Virus record (IMG/VR): IMGVR_UViG_3300028821_000038
Span: 64,001 to 128,000 of that record
Direction: 5' to 3' (one strand)
Length of the DNA stretch: 64,000 bases
From: a virus
This document shows positions 36,516 through 44,189 of the stretch, piece after piece. The notes beneath the pieces are model-generated. The model had not been told where the DNA came from. It saw nothing but the letters and a program-made list of their open reading frames with translations, and did no database searches. Both the position numbers and the translations under genes were made by a program. The stretch's first letter is position 1. Every line of letters begins with the position of its first letter.

Positions 36516-36779
36516 ATGAATTATAAAGATGTGTATGAGACGCAAGGGAAAATAGGGCAGTTCTGCAATGCCCTTAAAGAATATGCGGATCCGGTCGATC
36601 TTATGACCGGTATCGTAACATCAATGACTTATGAGGTTGCTGTAGAGGTTTACTGCCCCAAGAAAAACAGCAACCTCGTAGTTATTGCCCTTGGGGGCAA
36701 GAAGCAGGTTATAGAGGCGCGCCTGTTTCTAGAAGGTGTTAGAGATATAGATATCGTCTACACGCTTGAGTTAAAGTAG
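36516..36779 (+). CDS. hypothetical protein
   Basis: AAAGGAG RBS, start 36516; variant motif GGTATATATCATTGG at 36452-36466. Confidence 0.6.
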   Translation: MNYKDVYETQGKIGQFCNALKEYADPVDLMTGIVTSMTYEVAVEVYCPKKNSNLVVIALGGKKQVIEARLFLEGVRDIDIVYTLELK

Positions 36780-36859
36780 GCTATCTATATCTTGCCTGAG
36801 ATGGCTAGGGTGTTTCGAAATGAAGAGCACGCCAAAAATTCAAATAAAAGGAGAATACC

Positions 36860-37033
36860 ATGTATGACGAGTTAAACCAAAGGGCCGCAGAAGCGACAGA
36901 TAAATTCGATGATGTGGAAAGCATCATCAAAAACTTCCTCGACGAAATAGAGGATGAAGAAGAGGACATTGAGATGGAATTTATTCCCGAAGGAATAGAG
37001 TGGTTTGATCTCATGGGATACTGGGAAATATAA
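36860..37033 (+). CDS. 57-aa highly acidic protein (not in ORF track)
   Basis: AAAAGGAG RBS; MYDELNQRAAEATDKFDDVESIIKNFLDEIEDEEEDIEMEFIPEGIEWFDLMGYWEI. Confidence 0.65.
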   Translation: MYDELNQRAAEATDKFDDVESIIKNFLDEIEDEEEDIEMEFIPEGIEWFDLMGYWEI

Positions 37034-37114
37034 CCACTCTATGGGGGTTTCCCCCTCCCAGTTCTTTTTTAGCATACATTAGGTATTATCGCTCAAAAAA
37101 TATAAAGGACGAAT

Positions 37115-37717
37115 ATGAGTAAAAGCACAGAATATCTATATGGGTGTATACCCTCCGATTTTATATATATGAATTACTTGGAAGCTTTACGGTATAAGAG
37201 AGACAAAGCGAAGGCGTTGTACTTCAAGCTAAAGAAGAGCATAGAGGAAGGCGGTGGGACATTCGAGAAGAGAAAAAGAGAGTTTCATGTTTACAATGCA
37301 TGGAAATTTAATGAGAAATTAATTGATGAAGTGGAGCAGGATATGGACAATAATGATTATGATACGGAATTGGATATGGAAATATATAAAAAGACGAAGA
37401 GTTGTCTATTGAATAAGATAAATGATATTCTTGATAGTTCATGGAATCTTGATAGGCTCCTGAAAAACAAGTATTGGAATATTGGATGTCCGGTTGTGAA
37501 GATATTGACCGAAATACCTGTAGGCAAGAATCAAACCAGAAGAGATATATACCTTAGACTCATCAATATAATATGGAAAGATAAAGATAGTGTTTTGATG
37601 GGAGGAGAGTATGGTTCGTTTCTTAGTTTCACAGATAAGAAGCTAAAAGAAATGATTAAAAATGTGAAAAATGGGCAAGATATAAACTTTTGGCCACATA
37701 TTAATTCCGAAAAATGA
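37115..37717 (+). CDS. hypothetical protein
   Basis: AAAGGA RBS, 200 aa. Confidence 0.65.
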   Translation: MSKSTEYLYGCIPSDFIYMNYLEALRYKRDKAKALYFKLKKSIEEGGGTFEKRKREFHVYNAWKFNEKLIDEVEQDMDNNDYDTELDMEIYKKTKSCLLNKINDILDSSWNLDRLLKNKYWNIGCPVVKILTEIPVGKNQTRRDIYLRLINIIWKDKDSVLMGGEYGSFLSFTDKKLKEMIKNVKNGQDINFWPHINSEK

Positions 37718-37784
37718 TTTTTTTGTAGTATAATTTTCTCAAGGGATTTGTCCCTATTCACAAAAAAGACGAAAAGGACTTAAT

Positions 37785-38687
37785 ATGGATCTTATAAAAA
37801 TTGCTCATTCTCCCGAGTTTTCCTACCTTGAAAAGGTGGCTACTATAGTTGATGAGTTTGCAGCTGGAAATATCGATGGTTCTACTGCGGATGCGATAGC
37901 TATGGATGTGGGAATAGACCCAGAGGATCTTCTATCTGTATATAATCTGGCCTATGGTGAGGATGGATACGAAGACTACGATATGGAGAAGACTGCCGCT
38001 GATGAATCTCTCAAAATTCTTGAAAAAGTAGCAGCAGATCCTGAAGCGACATATCTCGACAAGGTTGCTTCTGTCGCCTATTCTTATGCAGCAGGAGCCC
38101 TTACAGGTAATGAGGCTGATGCGATAGCTATGAATATCGGTGTAGACCCCGAAGATGTTGGTGATTATTTCATCTCTACTTATATGGACGGCGATATGGA
38201 GAAGACTGCCGCTGATGAATCTCTCGAGTTTCTGGAGAAAATAGCTTACAGTCCCGATTCTACATATCTTGAAAAGGCTGCCGCTGTTGTAGATGCTTTT
38301 GCAGCAGGAGCCCTTACAGGTAATGAGGCTGATGATATAGCCATGAATATGGGTGTGGATCCTAGTGACCTTGTAGATGTGTTTAGAATTGCATATGGTG
38401 ATGAACTTGACAAAGAAGCCGGTGTTATAGATGCCGTGAAGAATTTTGGTGGTCATTTGTCCGGTAGAAATGTAAAAAACGCTGAAGAAGCACTCGCGAA
38501 TGCAGGCCCAAAAAATAAATTTTACACGCCTAGTGGTTACAAAAAGGCTCTTCAAGAGATAGATGATGCTAAGCAGGCACTTGAACACGCAAAGAAAATG
38601 CAACGCATAAGTAGGATAGGTGCTGGTGTAGGTGCTGGTGCCCTTGCTGGAGCCGGTATTTACGCTGCTACAAGAAAAAGGCGATAA
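37785..38687 (+). CDS. repeat protein: three acidic repeats with KxA motifs plus basic Gly-rich C-terminus (scaffold/internal head protein candidate)
   Basis: 71-aa (213-bp) repeat period; MEKTAADESL twice. Confidence 0.7.
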   Translation: MDLIKIAHSPEFSYLEKVATIVDEFAAGNIDGSTADAIAMDVGIDPEDLLSVYNLAYGEDGYEDYDMEKTAADESLKILEKVAADPEATYLDKVASVAYSYAAGALTGNEADAIAMNIGVDPEDVGDYFISTYMDGDMEKTAADESLEFLEKIAYSPDSTYLEKAAAVVDAFAAGALTGNEADDIAMNMGVDPSDLVDVFRIAYGDELDKEAGVIDAVKNFGGHLSGRNVKNAEEALANAGPKNKFYTPSGYKKALQEIDDAKQALEHAKKMQRISRIGAGVGAGALAGAGIYAATRKRR

Positions 38688-38690
38688 TTA

Positions 38691-38876
38691 ATGTCTCTTG
38701 GAGATTTGCAAAAAAGAGCGGGTATTGCCCGCCAGCTTGGAAACAATATGCTGGCGGGAGCGAAAAGAGGAATTGGAAATTTTAGAAAAAATATAAAATC
38801 TCCTATCGAAACCCTTAAGAGGGGTTTTGGGTCTCCAAGAAAAAGCGCCCATGGCGAATCGCAGAGAGTAGTATGA
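38691..38876 (+). CDS. small basic protein with LQKRA motif
   Basis: MSLGDLQKRAG. Confidence 0.55.
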   Translation: MSLGDLQKRAGIARQLGNNMLAGAKRGIGNFRKNIKSPIETLKRGFGSPRKSAHGESQRVV

Positions 38877-38924
38877 GATAGCCAGAAGATTAGGATCAAG
38901 ATTTAAACAGAGGAGATATGGAAA

Positions 38925-39581
38925 ATGACACTAGGACAATTAGAGAAAAATTCAGGATTCATTAAAGATGCTTGGAATGCTAGACCCAAGAAGACTATAC
39001 TTGAGACAATAGTGCCGGAAATACATGGTGACATGAAGAAGTACCGAAAAGCTGCCAAACAATATAACAAGGCACAAACAGGTTATATGAAGGCTGAAGT
39101 AAAATATGCACAAGGTAAAGCCAACAAGAAAATCGTAGGTAAACATGAGTTAGCACGCCGAAAAGCAATATTAAAACAACGCAAAAAAGAACTCAAACAG
39201 CTTAAAAAAATGAAAGGTGAAAGAGCAAAAGCTATCTTCTCGGGCGACTGGAAGCGAACAAAAGAGGATATTGGAAAGGTGACCAGTGCTGGTTCCAAGG
39301 TGCTAAGAAGAGCAGGAGAAGGTATAGGAAAAGGCGTTAAGGATTTCGGAGAAAGCATAGGAAGGGGTTATGCAGGTGCTAAAGGTATGCTTAAGAGACA
39401 AGAAGTTGCCCCACCGCCACCGCCAACTCTCGGCCAGAAGGTGAAGGATTTCTATACAAGAGACTTCAGGGAAGGCGGAGCTAAAGGTTACGCCAAAGGT
39501 GCAGCCAAGGTTCTTGGAACTGGTGCTGGAATGGGCGGTGCAGGATATGGAGCTTACCAGGCAACCCAGCGTCACAGATAA
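38925..39581 (+). CDS. basic Gly-rich protein with LEKNS motif
   Basis: MTLGQLEKNSG; C-terminal GAGMGGAGYGAY. Confidence 0.6.
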   Translation: MTLGQLEKNSGFIKDAWNARPKKTILETIVPEIHGDMKKYRKAAKQYNKAQTGYMKAEVKYAQGKANKKIVGKHELARRKAILKQRKKELKQLKKMKGERAKAIFSGDWKRTKEDIGKVTSAGSKVLRRAGEGIGKGVKDFGESIGRGYAGAKGMLKRQEVAPPPPPTLGQKVKDFYTRDFREGGAKGYAKGAAKVLGTGAGMGGAGYGAYQATQRHR

Positions 39582-39593
39582 GCAAAACAACTC

Positions 39594-39620
39594 AGCGGGG
39601 GCCTCCCGCTAAACTTTTAT
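39594..39620 (+). terminator. intrinsic terminator
   Basis: AGCGGGGG-cc-TCCCGCT followed by AAACTTTTAT. Confidence 0.55.
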
Positions 39621-39631
39621 TCCCCTAATAT

Positions 39632-39646
39632 GGTATCTATTTATGG
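39632..39646 (+). promoter_or_regulatory. variant motif GGTATCTATTTATGG
   Basis: 13/15 match, followed by GGTG...CACC hairpin. Confidence 0.4.
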
Positions 39647-39725
39647 TGTCCAGCCGGCGCACCAAGTTTTAGCCTACATTTTTTGGTATTATCTGTATAG
39701 TATTTTTTTAGCTTAGGATTTTAAT

Positions 39726-41660
39726 GTGGCTGATGTAAAAAGAAAAAGAGCATTCCCTATAGATGTAGATATGGCGTATTCCAAGTACAGAGAGTTTTGG
39801 GATAAGGACTATAGTGAGATATTTCTGACGATGGCTGGTATTGGTGATGTGTGGGAGTCGCCAAGTGGTAATTTCGAGAATAGTTTCGTGGGTATTTCTA
39901 CAATAGGCGGCATTGAAATTTACAAAGACAAAATCTATATAGTGCAAGGCTATGGTATGCAAACCATAGTGAAGGTCATAAGCCCACAGGGTATTGAAAT
40001 ATACGGTATTGGACCTACAGGAATATTGATGAAGTCCTGTAATAGAGGGCTGCAGGGCAACCTGACTGTGCTAAACGATGATGAATTAATCGTTGGCTAT
40101 ATGTATGTAAATCTAAAGAGGTTGTTTTCAGCGCCATATGGAATAGACCTGGGCAGCCTATATGGCAATAAGTATTGGAAGATAAGCAATTCAAGAGTAA
40201 GCTCTGTCGCCTGGGTTAGTGGTGTTCAGGATTTGGGAGGTTGGTCTATCGCTCTATTCAAGAGGGCTGCTATGGAGGACTGTTTTGATTGCGATATAAA
40301 GAAGAAATTGGCGGCAGAAAACAAAGCTTTTGAATGTGAGCAGATAGACAACTCATTCAATCTTCATGGATTCTCTTTTGCGAAGAAGGCAACTCGTTCC
40401 ATGATAGCCACAGGCGTAAGTATGTCTATATCAAGAATGGGGGGCTTGGAGTTAATGGATGATATCAAGCCACCCAGTGGAGATGGCGTAACCTGTCTGC
40501 AGGCCATAGCTAAGTATCAGAAGGTGTTCAAAAAACAGAAGCCATCTGCCTCCGAAATAGGAAATGTTGGAAACTTGATATCAGAGAAGTGCAGCTCATA
40601 TATGATGCGGTATGTCGTGGAGATATCCAGCTATAGAGAAAGCGTTGACCAGATGTATGAGAATTATGTGGAAAAAAGCATCAGGGGTGATGCTGACGCC
40701 AATGAATGGCTTATACAAAACAGCAGGGATGTAGTGTCGTTGATTGCTCCTGCTCTTAGTGACATAACCGCCACCGCGATAGACAATAACACAATAGACC
40801 TTCTTTTTGAGGATATTGTGTGGTGGGCGCCAATATGGTTTATTGCAAACCCAGACAAGGTGCTGGAAGGCCAGATTGGGGCGGCATACAACACAGCTAG
40901 GCTTATAGATAGAGACAACTTTATAAAGGCACTGAAAAATGCCGCGATGAGTGCTCCTCCGCTCCCTAGTGATTCACCATTCAAGGTGAAGTGGGTACTT
41001 GCGTCTCCTGCTGGTACCAAGCCTGCCAAATTTGTAAAAAACACGGCGACTTTCTATAGTTTTCCAATGGGTATATGCTATTCAGCAGATATTATTGCCC
41101 GAGCAGATAGAGATGCGTTCGATTGGATATGTGAAGTGGAGACCAGGGCTGACGGAATGCTTATATGGGCGTGGAAGAATGTATCGCCACTCAATGAGAA
41201 ATTCGATATGGTTCTAAAGTGTTTCAAGGTTACAAATGATGGCCAATTTACAGAAATTGCCTCTACTCATGTAGGGAGATGGGGAACTCCGCTGTCTGGT
41301 TCCGCAAAGGCTGTAGCTGTATCTCCGGATAACACTTTTTTTGTGGTTAGGGATTACTACCTGAAGAATAGCAAAACCGGGCCGATAGCATTTACCGAGG
41401 TGAAGGTCAATATAAATGCGGATATGACCGAAATACTAAATCTCCCCATAGTGAACCACTACGCCAATATAGATGAGGTCACATTGGACTACATGCAAAC
41501 CAACATACATCACTGGAATGATGGCTTGTTCGAGTCTGACTGGTCTGATTTTGATCTTGACGACAATACGGTTAGAATGATGACTGGGCAGAGTATAGAT
41601 TACCTATCGTTCGTGAAGGGGTACTCTGCTTATAAAGTTGGGGAATTAGGAAGTTGGTGA
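39726..41660 (+). CDS. hypothetical protein, probably tail-associated
   Basis: 644-aa ORF at head of tail-fibre cluster. Confidence 0.6.
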   Translation: MADVKRKRAFPIDVDMAYSKYREFWDKDYSEIFLTMAGIGDVWESPSGNFENSFVGISTIGGIEIYKDKIYIVQGYGMQTIVKVISPQGIEIYGIGPTGILMKSCNRGLQGNLTVLNDDELIVGYMYVNLKRLFSAPYGIDLGSLYGNKYWKISNSRVSSVAWVSGVQDLGGWSIALFKRAAMEDCFDCDIKKKLAAENKAFECEQIDNSFNLHGFSFAKKATRSMIATGVSMSISRMGGLELMDDIKPPSGDGVTCLQAIAKYQKVFKKQKPSASEIGNVGNLISEKCSSYMMRYVVEISSYRESVDQMYENYVEKSIRGDADANEWLIQNSRDVVSLIAPALSDITATAIDNNTIDLLFEDIVWWAPIWFIANPDKVLEGQIGAAYNTARLIDRDNFIKALKNAAMSAPPLPSDSPFKVKWVLASPAGTKPAKFVKNTATFYSFPMGICYSADIIARADRDAFDWICEVETRADGMLIWAWKNVSPLNEKFDMVLKCFKVTNDGQFTEIASTHVGRWGTPLSGSAKAVAVSPDNTFFVVRDYYLKNSKTGPIAFTEVKVNINADMTEILNLPIVNHYANIDEVTLDYMQTNIHHWNDGLFESDWSDFDLDDNTVRMMTGQSIDYLSFVKGYSAYKVGELGSW

Positions 41661-43582
41661 TGACTAGAAAAGATGCTTTCGCTGTAGGACATTTCGGTTT
41701 CTTTAGGGATGCTGATTTGACAATGAAATTGTCCGATGAAAACCTGTATGACCAGATAGGTGCAAATGGGTGGATAGAGTTATGGTTTGGCGGCAGTGAT
41801 TTATGGCTCCCGGATTCTGGAACATATGCGGTGCATGTAACCACTCCAACTACATTTTTTTGGGATATAGTGGACGAGAATGGCAAAAGGACCAAGACTG
41901 GCTTTAGTGCCATACAGGTGCCATACAATATCAATATGGAGTCTCACTATGGCGATATCATTCCAGAGAATCCCGATGAAGTGTTCGACTATACCATAAG
42001 TAATCCTGCTCAAGATGTCGTTCCTCTTATATGCTCTAACTTATGGTTCTACACGAACTATTTTTCAGACCAATACTATAGATATAACCTGCTTGTGCTT
42101 AATGTGAATCAGCCGCCGTGGCCGAATGAGATAGATGTAGATATTCGTCCTATGAATGACAACCTAAAGCTCTATCCTGGAGAGTATATTGTTGGATATA
42201 GGCCTAAGATAGAGTATATGAACCAGTTAGCGGTGGTAAAGACAATAAAATCTGGGGATGATGGGAAAATATTGTTCCGACTGAAGGTTGATTTGAATTT
42301 TTTATCAGAAAACCCGACTGCAAAGAGATATTTGCGTGTTTTTACCCCTTCATGGGATAAAGTTGAGGTACTTTTGTTCCCTAGAAGCCCCAATGATATC
42401 CTGTGGCACAAAAACAGGAGGTTTGTGAATGAGTATTTCAGGTATATTTTATATAACGGAATCATGCAGTATTTGCCGCCAAATAACCTCCTAGATAGGG
42501 CAGAAGAGGTATATCGAGAGTTTATGGAGGCCAGTAATTATATTTTGAAGCTGGATTCATCGAATATGAGGCTCGTTGCCAGAGATATAGACCGGATTTT
42601 AGTAGGAGAGAAGATAAAATTGGTCGGATATAGTGCCCTAATAGCTCCATACTTCTTAAAATGGGTGAATCAGCACTTGGTTGACAAAGTATATTACGAC
42701 CAGTGGGATATTTTATACCACATTGTGCTCACTACGCAATACTACAAGGGTTTTGATAGGTTAGATGACTATATGGGCAATATGGTGGGCAATATAGATA
42801 AAAATACCGGTCTTCCTGCTGTGTGGGATGGCGACATAGAGATTGTTGATGGCCAATATGTAATCGCCAATGGCGGGGAGATACAGAAGATTCCAGAATG
42901 GGCTATAGAAGAGCCCATCAAGATAGTCACTAAAGATGGGGTGAAGCAGTATGAGGATGGATATGTTCCGACTAGCGCCAAAGAATATCTCAATCCGAAG
43001 CCTGGATACCTATATGAAGGTGATACTGGCAGTGGCATATACAAGATAATGGTCGCTGAAAGACCTGTAGATGTTTTTTGCGATATGGAGAGTGATGGCG
43101 GGGGCTGGATGTATCTTATTGTCAGCCATGCGACAGAAATCGACTATATCAAGCAGCTTGGTGATACATATTCGATAGAGCAAACTCTGTATAGAAGCGA
43201 GGATTATGGTGTAGGGTGGGGCGATAATACCGGTAATTGGTATGGGATTCAGTTCTACAATATGCCTTTTACCGAGATATCGGTCTATCTTAGCGGTGAA
43301 TATGACAATCCCGAGGAGGGCACAGGGTATCTGGAGATGATTACCGGTGCATCCGGTGTGGTTGTATCTTTCAAGGATGAAAATACCGATGCCGAGTCGG
43401 GACAGACCCTTATAGTGGATGGTACTGAGATTTTTCGCAACCAAAAAGAAAATCTAGTAAAATACAAGGTAGTTTCACACCAGAACAATACTGGGGGAGT
43501 GAACAATCTGGTGGTTAGGATGAGGGGCGATGAGGATGTCCCATATACAAAAAGATATATCTATATGTTGGCAGTGAGATAA
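41660..43582 (+). CDS. tail protein with C-terminal fibrinogen-like domain
   Basis: SGIYKI...VFCDMESDGGGWM; N-terminal FGFFRDADLT motif. Confidence 0.7.
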   Translation: MTRKDAFAVGHFGFFRDADLTMKLSDENLYDQIGANGWIELWFGGSDLWLPDSGTYAVHVTTPTTFFWDIVDENGKRTKTGFSAIQVPYNINMESHYGDIIPENPDEVFDYTISNPAQDVVPLICSNLWFYTNYFSDQYYRYNLLVLNVNQPPWPNEIDVDIRPMNDNLKLYPGEYIVGYRPKIEYMNQLAVVKTIKSGDDGKILFRLKVDLNFLSENPTAKRYLRVFTPSWDKVEVLLFPRSPNDILWHKNRRFVNEYFRYILYNGIMQYLPPNNLLDRAEEVYREFMEASNYILKLDSSNMRLVARDIDRILVGEKIKLVGYSALIAPYFLKWVNQHLVDKVYYDQWDILYHIVLTTQYYKGFDRLDDYMGNMVGNIDKNTGLPAVWDGDIEIVDGQYVIANGGEIQKIPEWAIEEPIKIVTKDGVKQYEDGYVPTSAKEYLNPKPGYLYEGDTGSGIYKIMVAERPVDVFCDMESDGGGWMYLIVSHATEIDYIKQLGDTYSIEQTLYRSEDYGVGWGDNTGNWYGIQFYNMPFTEISVYLSGEYDNPEEGTGYLEMITGASGVVVSFKDENTDAESGQTLIVDGTEIFRNQKENLVKYKVVSHQNNTGGVNNLVVRMRGDEDVPYTKRYIYMLAVR

Positions 43583-43592
43583 AGGAGAAACA

Positions 43593-44189
43593 ATGGCAAG
43601 CAAACCTGGAATCTACTTGAGAGGCGGCGCAAAAGATGATTTTAACGATCCGGGGCATGAAATTGGGGATAGAGAACTGGTGATTGCGACGGATACTATG
43701 GAGCTTGGCACCAGTAATGGCTTTTTTATTCCTGGTGGCAAAGTGAGGAATGTCTATTTCGCACAAACTCCCGCAGAGAGACAAGAGATCACATCGTCTG
43801 AGCCGGTGGTAATAGACGGTCTTAGTCTAAATATAACTCCAGAGTTTCAGAATAGCAGCTTTATTGTGACCGCGACAGTGCTGGGAACTTTTACATATAC
43901 GTCATCTTTGCTTGTGTATCTAAATGGCGCCAATATAGCATCCCACGATTCAAACAATGTGTATCAGGGGAGTCTTGTAACCACATATCACGGCAACAAC
44001 ACCACCAACAATATGTATTCATACAATTTGCAAGCTATGATATCCCCTCAAACTACACAACCAATCACAATCGATATAAGAGCACTAAGTCATTGGGGTA
44101 CTTCAACATATACGACATATATAAACGATAGGGCCGGAAACGATATGAGGTGTGTGTCTTCTATGGTTGTTTACGAGGTGCTGTCATGA
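43593..44189 (+). CDS. tail fibre/tip-like protein
   Basis: Ser/Thr/Asn-rich beta domain ending SSMVVYEV. Confidence 0.55.
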   Translation: MASKPGIYLRGGAKDDFNDPGHEIGDRELVIATDTMELGTSNGFFIPGGKVRNVYFAQTPAERQEITSSEPVVIDGLSLNITPEFQNSSFIVTATVLGTFTYTSSLLVYLNGANIASHDSNNVYQGSLVTTYHGNNTTNNMYSYNLQAMISPQTTQPITIDIRALSHWGTSTYTTYINDRAGNDMRCVSSMVVYEVLS

